A DNA stretch of 64,000 nt from Octopus sinensis (GCF_006345805.1 NC_043001.1:104842001-104906000), one strand, 5' to 3'. Numbered from the stretch's first letter, positions 12,520 through 25,719 are shown. The notes: generated by a model not told the origin, from the sequence alone. A program made the numbers and translations.

Positions 12520-14074
12520 TCTAGAATACTGATTTAGAGAACGGAGGTGATACGCTTTCTAATTTTCTCCCTGAACATTGCAATGGAGGTTATTATGAAA
12601 ACAAGTCCAACACTGGAAACCGGTAAGAAGGTTACAAATAAAGTCCCCATTGTGTCCTTTTAGCTTCATGCTCAAAATTGCCAGAGAAAAGGATATGGAA
12701 CCATCTGCATCGAAATCTGATCTGACTCGGTTTTATAGGTAGAGAATGTAGCTCCATAATTCATTTATTGCTTTTGATTGTCATTACTCGGATAAAAGAA
12801 CTTAACATTGGATGCTTGCACAAAGAACAACAGAGAAAACCAGGTACTTCAGCGTTAATATATTTAATGTATCCTTCCTTTTGAAGACCAAGAGGTATGT
12901 GATTTGAAATTTATTTGGTTGCCATTTCTTGTAGATCAAACCACCGTCTTTGTGTCTCTCGTAAACTCCGTATATTTTGGTTTTTATGATCATTTGAGAT
13001 TAATTTCGTTTTGTTATCATTAAAATTATGTTATGTTGGCAAATGATGTGCTGTTTGCTGTAAAAGAGAATCGCGTTTCTGATCTTATCCGATATTGCTC
13101 ATAGAAAGCTTATATCATTTTACATGATCTTTTGATCGCCAGATCAATGCGGAGCGTGATGCACAGTGTTTTTGTGATAAAATGATTTGTATCGACTTAT
13201 GGTGTCCATGATATTCGAACGGTTATCTGCGAGACGTGTATAGTTGATCGAACGTTGTTGCTTTGTAATGATGCAAGAACAATCCATTAAGAATTTCTCT
13301 TTCAGGCACCAGAACTTCATACTTTGGTAAATGGAAGCAGTTGTTTTAAGTTTTGGCTGTTACGCAATACTTTTCCTTTGATTTCTGATAACATTTTCTC
13401 TATGTAGATGCATGGCTCCCGTTGTGTCATCTCTTTTCATATATAATGCACTACAATATACAATATCTTTCAGTTGCAAAATTTGATCGAGTGGATTTAG
13501 GGCCAACGACGTTCCAATCATGACCATCACACCTTTTCTCCTAGTTCTAATGAACATGCATATTGTTGAACGAACAGTAGAATTTGAGCGTGTTCTGGAA
13601 ATGTTTTATGATAAAAAAGACATTTTCATGCAAAATGGGTTTTGAAAAATGCAAATTTTTGCTGCTGTTCAGTGCTGAAGATTTTTCCTGTAGCCATTGC
13701 ATGATTAGGGCTTCTTGATAATTCCTCGCAGCTCTGTTAAGGGTCGTTCCATCTGCTGATGTAACTGGGTGCATGCCTGATAGTGCTGGGAAAAGAGTTC
13801 AGTTTCCTGTGTGTCGTAGTTATTGCCTAACCCCCAAGTCCAACTCTGAACGGAAAGTTCCGAGATGAAATAAAAATATTGTAAAATATATTCGAACTTC
13901 GATTATTCCATGTTTTTCACAAGCAGAATATTCTAAGAAACATCACATTGGATCACGTGACTTGTCTTCCTAAACATGGTAGGATGTGGTAAGGGGACAA
14001 TTAATTGCTATTTTTAACAAATTAAGCGACCACGTAAGGTCCCTACGTATGTCTTTTATCTTTCATCTGTTATT

Positions 14075-14425
14075 TGTTTCAGCCATGAGACTGCGGCCAT
14101 GCTGGGGCACCGCCTTGAGTTTTAGTTAAACGAATAGATCCCAGTACGTTTTGGAGATTGGTACTTATTCTATTGGTCTCTTTAACAGAACTGCTAAGTC
14201 TTGGGGCGTAAACACACCAACATCGGTTGTCAGCCGATGAGTGACAAACATTGACATAAATATATGATACACACATACATACGACGGGCCTCTTTCAGTT
14301 TCCGTCTTCCAAATCCACTCAAAAGCCCCGAGGCTATAATAGAAGATACTTGCCCGTGGTGTCACGCAGTAGACATGAACCTGGAACCATGTGGTTGGGA
14401 AGCAAGCTTCTTACCACACAGCCAT
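14075..14425 (-). mobile_element. SINE family B, near full-length (tRNA head, CORE-like block, microsatellite, tail)
   Basis: Collinear with 59015-59420; contains the cttgcc..gtgtcacgcagt...aaccatgtggttgggaagcaagc head/core block. Confidence 0.85.
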
Positions 14426-14733
14426 AATTGTGCATAGGATAATTTCTAATTTAGTTTCCTGAAGGCTTCCTATGATGTCAAATTGCTGCTTTTGTTTAAC
14501 ATCCGGGTCATACTTAATTGAGGAAACATGAGATGAAAACCGTCCCAGCCGTTCGAGCCCCACCCTCATGAAAATTACGTCAATTGCGACGATATATAAT
14601 ATATCGGGTGGGATTTGAGGGTGGTATGGTTATTGTTTCCAATAGATTAAACGATCATGTAAAGCTTCCGTCGTTAGCACGATGATTCTTTTGACGGTTA
14701 CATTCAATGCCATAGTCGTACTACAAGTGTATG

Positions 14734-15045
14734 CGCTTGGCTTAGTGGTTACGCTATCCAGTTCATGATCGTATGGACGTGATTTCGATAACTAGTAGTA
14801 CACTTATTTCACTTTGCACCAGTCCACTCGGCTGGCAAAAATGAGTTGTACCTGTAATTCAAAGGAGGGGTGGCAGTCTTGTCACATTCTTTGTCACGCT
14901 GAATCTCTCTGAGAACTAAATTAAGGGTACTCGCGTCTGCGGAGCACTCAGCCACTTGCACGTTAATTTCACGAGCAGATTGTTCTGTTGATCCGATCAA
15001 CTGGAACCCTCGTCGTCGTAAGCGACGGAGTACCAGTTTAAACAA
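14734..15045 (+). mobile_element. SINE family C with RTE-like tail
   Basis: ggcttagtggtt head; cactcagccacttgcacgttaatttcacgagcag...cgtcgtcgtaagcgacggagtacca; collinear with 24832-25158. Confidence 0.8.
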
Positions 15046-15739
15046 AGGCTTCGTTTTTCCTTATAAGGAAGATGTAGAAATAATCAATGACTTACAATGA
15101 GCCACGAGGCTTCAAGACCCAACCTCTTTCTCTGAGGGATTTTCATGTCCATGTTCATTCCCTTTGTGTGAAATAAGACGCTTGTCGTACACACATCGGG
15201 CCAAACCTATCAATTTTAACTGAAAAGGGTTGCGACAGGGTCGCAGAATATGTTAGAAATAGCAGTCAAATTCTCTGAAGTAGAATTCTATCGTCTTGAA
15301 AAAGGAAAGCTATATTGTATATTTATGGTCCCAGATATACTTCAAAATGGAATGGCTAAACAACAACAACAACAATAGCAGCAGCAGGGACCAATGAAGA
15401 AAGCTTTCAATTAGTCACACGATCTGCTAGAAATAGCAGTTAAACTTAACTCGCGACTCGTATCCTACCATCTTAAGTGAACGAAGCATCGGGGAAATAA
15501 AGTGGACCGAGATATACAAAAACAAAAATGACAACCCCCACCCCACGAAAAACAAGACACAATCTGTTCGTGCCTAGAATGCCTTTGATTATAAGACAAA
15601 ACAGGTCGATAAATTAAGTACCAGTTGAATACTGGGGTCAATGTAATCGAATGGCTTTTCCCTTCCCCAAATTTCAGTCGTTGTGCTTATAATAGAAAGG
15701 ATTATAAGACAAAACAATCAGGAAGGCGTGCAGTTAAGC

Positions 15740-15749
15740 CACCACCACC

Positions 15750-15790
<41 letters not shown>

Positions 15791-15842
15791 AACTACAACT
15801 ACTACTACTACTACTACTACAACTACAACAACAACAACAACA

Positions 15843-15890
<48 letters not shown>

Positions 15891-16177
15891 GGGTCATTAA
15901 GAGCAGACCTCTTTATTCCCAGACTCCCTCATTTCGTAAGTGCCATTGTCTACATATGTCTTTTTTTTTATGCCAACGTCAATAATTATAAGATCGTATT
16001 GCATGCAACATGGATTCCGTGTTAAACGCATTAATCTCTCCGATGCAATAATATGTCAGACTGAAAAACGAAAACGAAAACGAAAATAAATAAATTAATG
16101 ATATAATTTCCTTGTAATTACCGCATTCTTTACTACTACTACTACTGCTGCTGCTACTACTACTACTACTACTACTG

Positions 16178-16236
<59 letters not shown>

Positions 16237-16281
16237 ACTACTACTACTATACTACTACTACTACTGCCGCCGCTGCTGCTG

Positions 16282-16353
<72 letters not shown>

Positions 16354-16365
16354 TTACTACAGCTG
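15740..16365. repeat. Two compound trinucleotide arrays, (CAC)/(TAC)/(AAC) and (CTA)/(CTG)/(CCG)
   Basis: Visible at 15740-15890 and 16130-16365. They produce the poly-P/L/Q/Y/S/V ORFs. Confidence 0.95.
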
Positions 16366-16929
16366 CTACGTCGTAATACAATTTTGTGTGTCATTTATAT
16401 TTCGTTATTAACAGACAATGTTTGTAATTATAGATATGATTGATAAGCTGATCGGGGCAGCAGCAGCAGCAACAACAACAACAACAACCTCAACAAAAGT
16501 GAATTGAACCTCAGCGTTCCGATACTACACGAGAGCTTATAGGCAGTCGCTCGACTTGCTAACAAATACAGTTAAATCTCTCTTGAAGCACACTACGATC
16601 TTATGAAAAAGAGGAAGGACAGCATTTGAAAACGAAGATAAACAATGGAACCACTGCTATGTGTAGCGACTGAGGGTGCTGTACAGCTCCAGTATTGCTA
16701 GAAATGAGAGTCAAAAACAACTCATAGCCCTAATAACGTACTGTCTTATTTACTGACAAGGGAGGCAAGCTTCCCAAGCACCTGGCATAACCAGATCACC
16801 AGTGATTTCGCATTTACATTAATGCTCACGAATGGCTCTTACTGGCGCCTTGGGTTAAACTCAACTCGCCTTACCAGCGTAGAAATCATACGTTGATTTC
16901 ATAAATAGTAAAAGCGTAAATTATGATAA

Positions 16930-17163
16930 AGGTGACAAGGATGGCCCTTTGAAATACAGGTACAACAGAAACAGGAAGAAAGAGTGAAAGAAACTTGTGG
17001 TGAAAGAGTACAGCAGGGTTCGTCACCGCCCCCTGCCGGAGTCTCATGAAGCTTTAGGTGTTTCCGCTCAATAAGCACCCACAACGCCCGGTCTGGGAAT
17101 CGAAACCACGATCCTACGACCGCGAGTCCGCTGCCCTAACCACTCGGCCATTACGCCTCCACA
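16930..17163 (-). mobile_element. tRNA-derived SINE, family D
   Basis: Minus-strand head ggaggcgtaatggccgagtggttagggcagcggactcgcggtcgtaggatcgtggtttcgattccc with A and B boxes; second copy at 39925-40155. Confidence 0.85.
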
Positions 17164-19383
17164 CAACTGAAATACAAATGTGCCGAATGGACGAGTCAGT
17201 TTGTGTATTTGGTTGAAGGCGCTACCTATTATTTATATATCTATTGTTTTAGATATATGCACAAATGTCAAACCCTAACCTATGAAGTTGTGAAGTTTTT
17301 GCCGAACAACAAATTTTAAATTGGTTCCAAATCAATTCTAAGATAAACTTATAAACTGAAAGAGCGGTACAGCGCATGCCCGGAGCTTCAGATAGTTTAT
17401 CCATGAACTGAATATCGTCTATTTAATTTGATCAGTTAGGAAAATGAATAGGGGTTAATTAGCGGTTTTATTTATCTAATATCTCGTAGTTAGCCTCAAT
17501 AAAATTTTAGATATTAGGTCATCACCTTCGCAGAGAGAAATAAGCGAACAAAGCGGATAACGAAATACTAACACATTAATGAAGAGTTACATAGTATGGG
17601 GAGATTATTACATGAAACGACTTGGTTATTTTCTCTTGGTCGTTATGATAGGACCCGGTAATGAGGTTAAGGGTAGATTTGGAAACAAAAAATAGATGTC
17701 AAAGTTAGTTGAATGTTAATTTAGATTCTTAATGACGTTGAAGAAATCAAACACTTCAAATTTTTAGCAATCCAAAGATAAACGGTTAGCAATTATTAGT
17801 TTAGCACCATTAATGATTTATTGAAAATTGTTAGTATGAATTAGCAACGGTTATTAATTAATGTTGAGAGCATTTATTTTCAGATACTTGACAGAGTTTG
17901 TTTCACAGACACCAACTTTAACATATACATCTTTTTGTTTCTGAAACAGAAGAATAGTAGTTAACAAAATATACAGCATATTTATTATTAAAAGTCTGAA
18001 GTAAGTAACTACCGAAAATATGGTCAGAAAATATCGTTCAAGCTCTGAATGTAAATTAACAAAAATAACATTTTTTGAAATACCTTTCCGACAGATGTAT
18101 ACTAATCGTAGAAAAATGTTGGAAAGATTAAAAACACGATGGAAATAAAGAAAGCACGATCTGTTGCTTGTAATGATTCATTCAGTAATCAGTTAGTAAA
18201 TATGGCTGACACGAATTTAGTTTTACGTATTGAACTTGCTTAACTGGTTATCGTTTATATTTATAAACTTTTACGAGTCTACGAATCGACACAGTCCGGA
18301 AAACCAGTTTTACGATTGATGGTTTTTATAGACATCACTTCCACCAACGTCAGACATTTTCTAATATTGCTATTCTGATATTTGGTCAGCCTTAAATATT
18401 TTAGAGAAGAAATTCGTGTTAGACAGTTCAGCAAAGTTTGCACAATTGACATCCGATGGGGGTCAATATTCGGTAAGTGGATGTCATGTCGGCTTAGATG
18501 CAGTCAATAATTCGATTTGGGAGTGTAAATCATTTCAGGTGTACTGGATTAACGAATATTTAAACAGCTGGATATTTTGAGCATCGTTCTAGGGTTTCTA
18601 TACATATGGAGCCACACACGCGCACACAGGCACCAAACACACAAACATATAGACACACACACGCACACATACACACACTCACACACATACACACACATAT
18701 ATATATACATACATACATATCTATGCGTAAATAATACAGAACAAAGCAGCTTTGAATAAAATATTCGTGTAAAATCATATTCAACGCGCTTGGATGTATT
18801 CGGAGATGCTAAGTCCTTTCGCTGTGAAAATAGTCCCTGGAGATAATTCTCCATCTAGACATGTGTAGAAATATGATTTTGGGTTGTGAGTGATATCATT
18901 TTGCGTCGGCCGATACCTCAGTTTCGAAAGCCAAATCTGTCACTCCCAGCACGATAAGAATTATATTTTCTTATTAAAATCGCATTCGGTTCGTTTACTG
19001 ATGGGCGTGAAACTTGGTCAAGCGAAAATTAAATAAATAAATAATATCGCAGGAAGCAATGCCAAATAAAATATATTCGTAAAACCTTATATTTAATACA
19101 TCCGAGTATATTTAGAAAGTATCTACTAAATTCTAGCTTGACTAAACTTTATGTACATCCAGTAAACATATTAGATATACTCTATATTTATATATGCGTA
19201 TGTGTGTGTGTTTGTGCTTACACACATGTGGTTCTTGAGTTGTTTAAACTACTTAGAAAAATAGGAAAGTGCCAAATCGGGTGTTAATATACTTTCAACC
19301 AACAATATGCGATTTATGTTGACTGGACACATGCAAAAATCTGAATGAAATGCCCTTGCACACACACACACACACACACACAC

Positions 19384-19447
<64 letters not shown>

Positions 19448-19988
19448 TATATATAATATGGTAACTTGTTTGTCCGAAACAATTTACAGCAGTCTGTTAC
19501 GCCATTGAATTATTCATAAAATAGCAGGGGTGACATCGAAACACTAGACATATATTTCAAAGTTTATTCTGTTGTTTTAAGTTACTTTAAATCAGTAAAC
19601 TTTCGTGAAAACTGAAAATCTTTACACAGGTTTTCTTTGCCAATATTTTGGAAGTAAAATACGACTTCCCCTTTCAGTGTAGAGAACATTTTTAGTTAAA
19701 CGAAAGTTTTCCGACCACAAAAGAAAAAAGGGTTAATACAATAATGCGACAACTGTAAATGTGAATGTGAAATTCGAGGAATATTTGAAGTGTTGTAATA
19801 TGAACCGGGTTACGTGAGAACAATTAACATAAAATTATCATCTCCGTAGACAAATATCATGGAAGTGAATGAAAGGTATCGTAGAAATACCCCGTAGTGT
19901 ATGATTTTACTAAGAAACAATTATACTTAGTAAAGAAGCTTCAAGTATTTCAATTATATAACATATACATCATATATACATATATAAT

Positions 19989-20021
<33 letters not shown>

Positions 20022-20042
20022 AGTAACATAAGTATATGTACT

Positions 20043-20081
<39 letters not shown>

Positions 20082-20315
20082 ATAAGTAACATAAGTATAT
20101 ATATGTGTGCGTGTGTGTATGTATGTGTATGTATATATGAATATATGCATGTATATATATATGTATATGTATATATACGCACATACATACGTATATATAT
20201 GTATGTATATACATGTATATATATATATGTATATGTATATACATATACATATATATATACATGTATGCATATATATATATACATGTATGCATATATATAT
20301 ATATATGGATACATG

Positions 20316-20347
<32 letters not shown>

Positions 20348-20369
20348 TACATACATACATATATATATA

Positions 20370-20410
<41 letters not shown>

Positions 20411-20757
20411 CAAGTATACGATTCTAATATAAATAATGTGATTTGCACTGTTTATCCTAGCAAAGACAAGAGGCGTCATTCATATTTTATCAGAATTCAT
20501 ATATACGTAAGCAAAACGACACAAAATAAACTTACAGAAATATCTCACCTATGAACCGGTTTCTTATCTAGAAGCTCTCTGTGACAAGTCATCACCTGCA
20601 AAAGAATAAAAAACAGTCTCATAAGAAAAAAGTCCTCTGAAAGTTCGTTTCTAAGATTGTAACAGGTTTCTCAAAAAAGCATGCATATAGCAGATATACG
20701 ATTGTTCTCATAAATTTCTTCCACTATCTATGTGGCAATATCACCAGTCACAGAACC

Positions 20758-20979
20758 TATTTCTTTACTACCCACAAGGGGCTAAACACAGAGGGGACAA
20801 ACAAGGACAGACATAGGTATTAAGTCGATTACATCGACCCCAGTGCGTAACTGGTACTTAATTTATCGACCCCGAAAGGATGAAAGGCAAAGTCAACCTC
20901 GGCGGAATTTGAACTCAGAACGTAACGGCAGACGAAATACGGCTACACATTTCGCCCAGCGTGCTAACGTTTCTGCCAG
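20758..20979 (-). mobile_element. SINE family A with 16-bp target-site duplication
   Basis: caccagtcacagaacc at 20742-20757 and 20993-21008 flanks the copy; 13 extra nt lie between the head and the right TSD. Confidence 0.9.
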
Positions 20980-21231
20980 ACAACAAACCCTCCACCAGTC
21001 ACAGAACCGCGTATGTCTATTTTACCGGTTGTTTCGTGTACTTTCCTACACAGGAAAGGTTATAGATTGCTGCCTATTTTTGTTTTGCATCGTTCGGCTT
21101 TTTTCAGAAGAACAAGTGAACTTTCTAAAGGATTTCTCTGCACCAGCCGAACTGTTCGACATTCACAGCCTTTACTAAACTCAAAGTATTTAACTATATA
21201 TACTTAGTATAAATCTATCTATCTATCTATT

Positions 21232-21364
<133 letters not shown>

Positions 21365-21367
21365 ATA

Positions 21368-21411
<44 letters not shown>

Positions 21412-21679
21412 AATATATATATAATATATATATATATATAATTCATATAAAATTCAGTGTACATTAAAACACATTAAGAGGCTCCCATCATAGGAATCCT
21501 TTACGCTAGAAAGAACAGTTAAAGTCCAAACCACTAATTAGGGATTAAATTCTCGAAGGGAATGAAAAATAAAAACATTTACCATCTAATTCCTGGACCA
21601 TGGTTTCTGACTTATTTTAGTAAATAAAAAATACTATTTACCAGTGGATATATATATATATATCTATATATATATGTAT

Positions 21680-21741
21680 GTATCTACTGACGAGTCTTAA
21701 GATTAAATTAATTAGAGTTCGAAATCCCGTGATATGGATAT
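21680..21741 (+). ncRNA. Type I hammerhead motif, canonical core, irregular stem II
   Basis: gtatcta-CTGACGA-g...c-GAAA-tc(ccgt)ga-TA-tggatat. 7-bp stem I with two G-U pairs; AUA triplet. Confidence 0.6.
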
Positions 21742-22414
21742 ATCTGTTAATTCATTTGTGAATTTTTCTCACTCCGGCAAGGTGCTTTCTCGCTTCTACT
21801 CTTTCGTCAACTCATTGAGCTGGTGCTTCTGTGGCTTTTTGAGATGTCTTTTGACTATTGTCTCTAGCAATACTGGTACTATTTTGTACCCTTGTTTATT
21901 AAATTGCCTTCAGGTTTGAATTGCTAACGAGTCACCTATATTATAATAATATGTAATATATTATATTATTATATATATATGTATGCATGTGAGGGTGCGT
22001 GTGCGTGCGCGTGTGTATGTGTCTGTGCACGTGTATCTGCATCAACGTCTGTTTATTCGAAGAAAATGAACGGGTCAATATGGTACTGCAATGTGGTATT
22101 TGGTAAGTAGTGGTGAATTGAATATTGTACGGAAAAGTAGAGCATGCACTATATATATTTTAGGAGTGTTTAATATTCTATAGTGGAAAGGTTGATTTAT
22201 GGAGAATTTGCGTCGTAAAGTGAACAGTATTTGCCACTGGTGTAGGAAAGAGACATTCTATTGCACAGCGGAATACAAAATATTACATTGTTGAAGAATA
22301 CCTAAGATTGATAACGTATGTCAATATTAACGGCTGGCTGCTCGATTTGATGACGGCCATTCAGACAAGAATTGAATGGCGCAGAAAGAAGGACTTGTAC
22401 ATATATACGTATAT

Positions 22415-22502
<88 letters not shown>

Positions 22503-22548
22503 TATATATACATATATATATGCATACATACATACATACACACACACA

Positions 22549-23804
22549 CACGGTGTTCAAAAAGTTTCCCCGCAGTATTTTATTGCAAAATACATATTTA
22601 GAAGATGGTATAAAACTACAAAAGAATATATCAGACTTTACAAGACTTTAAAAAACTTTATAAGAGGTTTTGAAAGTGTCGTCCTTCCTTTTCAGTACAT
22701 AAGTTGACTCTTCTACACATCTTTTGAAATACATCTTGGAGAGTCTGATGCGGAACGGACCGTGTGAAAGTTATGATTGCTCATTATTTTAGCTCATTAA
22801 TAATTTTCGGGTGATTCTTGTACACTGATCCTTTACTTGCTCTCCAGAAAAAAATAGTCTGGCGGTGTTAAATCAGGTGATCTTGCTGGCCAAAGTCCCT
22901 TCAAAATAATCCGTTCACCGAAAAACTGTAGAAGTAGCGCCATGATTATGCGCGAAGTATGTGCTGTAACTCCATCTTGGTGAAAGTATGCATTATTAAT
23001 TTTACTTTCAGTGAGTTGGCCTACAAATGAATAGACAATATTTGAGTAATATCTCAAAAAATATCGATCCCACAATACGCTTTCTCGAAATTGCTATCCA
23101 TACTCCAACGTTTTCGGGATGCAGAGGTTGCTCATGCGTCGCATGTGGATTCTTAGTGCTCCATAACCTTGTTTTGTGAATTTATGTGTCCCGACAGATG
23201 AAACCAAGCCTCATCGGCGTAAAAACACCCATCCGGTACTTCTATGCCCTTTTAGGCAACAAAGTTTTGGAACCAATGACAATAAGGAAGCCTTTTAGCA
23301 TGATCCGTAGTCTTCAATTCTTGAATGGCCAGCGCTTTGTATGGAAAGAAATTTAATTTCTTTTTTATTGCCGTGTGAGCACTTCCTAGACAAATTTCAG
23401 TTTCCTGTGACCATTTGCGTAACGGGCTTGCCAACAGTTTATGAGAAATATTGGAGAGTGTTTCGTCTGAAAGAACAGTTAGCTTACCGCTTCTTACTGT
23501 GTCTTCCACTGAGCCTGTGTTCCTAACTTTTCTTACCAAATTCCTCACACTGTCACTATATGGAACAACAGCATTTGGAAAAGATTCACTGAACTTCTGT
23601 TTCACAGTATCCGTGTATCTGCTCCCACCTCGAAACACTCATTCAACTAAAGACGTACGTTCTTCAATGGTTAGCATGTCGACAGGCTGAAGGGTACACA
23701 ATGACCGAGAGACAATGGTTGACACCCAATCACACACCCAATGAGAGCCAAGTTGTGCATGCGCAGGAAGAAGAAGTTAACTGCGACGAGATGTTTCGAA
23801 CACC

Positions 23805-23807
<3 letters not shown>
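22549..23807 (-). mobile_element. Tc1/mariner DNA transposon (rosa/Visitor-related, DUF4817-type N-terminus), near full length, disrupted
   Basis: TIR-like ends cacggtgttcaaaa / tttcgaacaccctg in a TA/CA repeat context, with the transposase remnant inside. Confidence 0.9.
22658..23677 (-). pseudogene. Mariner-like transposase pseudogene, about 340 codons, with stops and frameshifts
   Basis: MLTIEER..*VFRGG...NTGSVEDTVRSG, FYADEAWFHLSGHINSQN, HQDGVTAHT...WPARSPDLTPPDYF, C-terminus EGRHFQNLL*. Confidence 0.92.
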
Positions 23808-23837
<30 letters not shown>

Positions 23838-23838
<1 letters not shown>

Positions 23839-24002
23839 TTTATTAAAAAGCAGTAAAAATATCACAAAATCTGTTACTCAGAGTTTCACGTTCCCGTTCG
23901 TCGGACAGTTTTGTGTAGATTCTAAACAAAACTGTCCTACGAAGCAGAACATGAAACTCTGAGTAACAGTTTTTGTGATATTTTTACTGCTTTTTATTAA
24001 AG
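23838..24002. mobile_element. 165-bp palindromic element (77-bp arms) carrying mirror hammerhead motifs
   Basis: Arms 23838-23914 and 23926-24002 with 7 mismatches; follows a (TA)n tract. Confidence 0.85.
23871..23908 (-). ncRNA. Minimal type I hammerhead motif, U4C core variant, all stems intact
   Basis: Minus strand reads ctgt-CCGACGA-acg(ggaa)cgt-GAAA-ctctgag-TA-acag. A degenerate mirror copy lies on + at 23932-23969. Confidence 0.7.
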
Positions 24003-24088
24003 CATGTTATTCGAGTACTGTTTTTTCCTCCTTGTTTCACATCTATGTGCTTACTCAGGTATATATGCATATACATATACAGGTATAT

Positions 24089-24134
<46 letters not shown>

Positions 24135-24138
<4 letters not shown>

Positions 24139-24365
24139 TTTTCAACATGTGATCTCTTAAGCACCACCAGCTCAAATATTGTCTCCGCTGTCTTCCCTCC
24201 TTGGGATCTTTCTTCTCCTTGTTTCCGACGAAGAGCTCCGCTCGAAACGTTAAACCCTCCTTCCCTTCTTTCCTGAGCGTCAATAATACTTTAATTGTTC
24301 CACGTCCTGCGTTGCTGTGTTTTTTTCTTTTTTTTCCCTTTTTTTCTGTGTTTTCTTGTTTGGAT

Positions 24366-24372
<7 letters not shown>
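24135..24372 (+). mobile_element. About 230-bp TA-flanked element carrying a minimal hammerhead (24221-24255)
   Basis: gttt-CCGACGA-a-gagc(tcc)gctc-GAAA-cg-TT-aaac; 3' end gtttggattaactata. Homologous copy on minus at about 43660-43860. Confidence 0.75.
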
Positions 24373-24445
<73 letters not shown>

Positions 24446-24831
24446 ATATATATATATATATACACGTATATATGATTTGCTGTGGTGTACAAACTTTATA
24501 TACTCATTTATTTATTAACGCTTTCATCTCGTTCCTTTCCGACACTCATTAGATATTATTTTTTCAGAAAATGTCATGCCTTTACATAAATCTGAAAGAG
24601 AAATCTCTTCAACTCTTATATATGGGCGGATATTTTTATGGCCGGATATTTACAGACAACTGTTCGACTTTCGATTTAATGTTTTCTTGCTGGTTAAACA
24701 ATTCTTTTATATTTATTCAATACAAATCTTCTAACGGTGACCTTGTTATTTGTATTACTATCCTTCCGTTTTTGTATATTTTTCTCACACACCCAAGCAC
24801 CGTTCGAGTGGACATATTACTGTGAAGGGTG

Positions 24832-25158
24832 TTGCTTAATGGTTATGTTATTCGGTTCAGGATTGTAAGGCAGTCAGTTCGATTCCTGGTGGTGTCCTTT
24901 AAAAAAAAAAAGGAACAAAAAGACACTTTATTTCACGTGGCTCTAGCCCCACCCCCAACTGACATAAATGAGTTATTCCTCTAATTCAAAGGTCCAGCCG
25001 GGTCATGTTCTCTGTCACGCTGAATCTCCATAAGAACTGCGTTAGATGTACGTGTGTCTGTGGAGTGCTCAGCCACTTGCACGCTAATTTCACGAGCAGG
25101 CTGTTCTGTTGGTCGGAAAAACGGGAATCTCCGTCTCTGTAACCGCCGGAGTGCCAGA
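24832..25158 (+). mobile_element. SINE family C
   Basis: Collinear with 14734-15045 (gacactttatttcacg...gagtgctcagccacttgcacgctaatttcacgagcagg...cggagtgcca). Confidence 0.8.
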
Positions 25159-25719
25159 GATTTAATAATCACCCTTAAAGTCCAGGAAAAGGCTTCCTAA
25201 TTTTATGTGCCTAATGGGCAAAACCCCACAAAATATCTCTTTCACTGAAAGGTGATTTTTACATTTACTTTCAATTTAAATAATTATGATATCTATAGCA
25301 ATTTTTAGCTTCACACACAATAAAATTAACATCTCATTATCGAAAATTGCCGTAAAATATTCTCTTTCCTTTGATGTTGGCCGTATACAAGTAAAATTAA
25401 TGAAACTAATGAAATTAATGAAAATTAATTGAAGATATCCGTGGTTCTCTAAAGAAATATCAACTGATGTCGTCTGCCGTTTAAGCGTTAAATACTGAAC
25501 AAAAAATTTTTGTCACCTGAATTTTTGTTCTCTGCCTAGGCAATATATATACGATTATACTAACAAAAGTTCCCTTCGATCGTATGGTTTTATTTTGGTT
25601 GCTATTTCTAGCAGTTTCGAGGGACCACATAGAGACGCCTTCATTGAACTACAATATTTTACGCTTCCGTTCATTAAGGTTATAGGGTCTGATTTGAGAC
25701 AGACTTGTCCTCCATTTTC

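Noticed and set aside
17095-17163. tRNA-like sequence on the minus strand
   Set aside because: It continues directly into a SINE body shared with 39925-40155 and has no proper acceptor stem, so it is a SINE head and not a tRNA gene.
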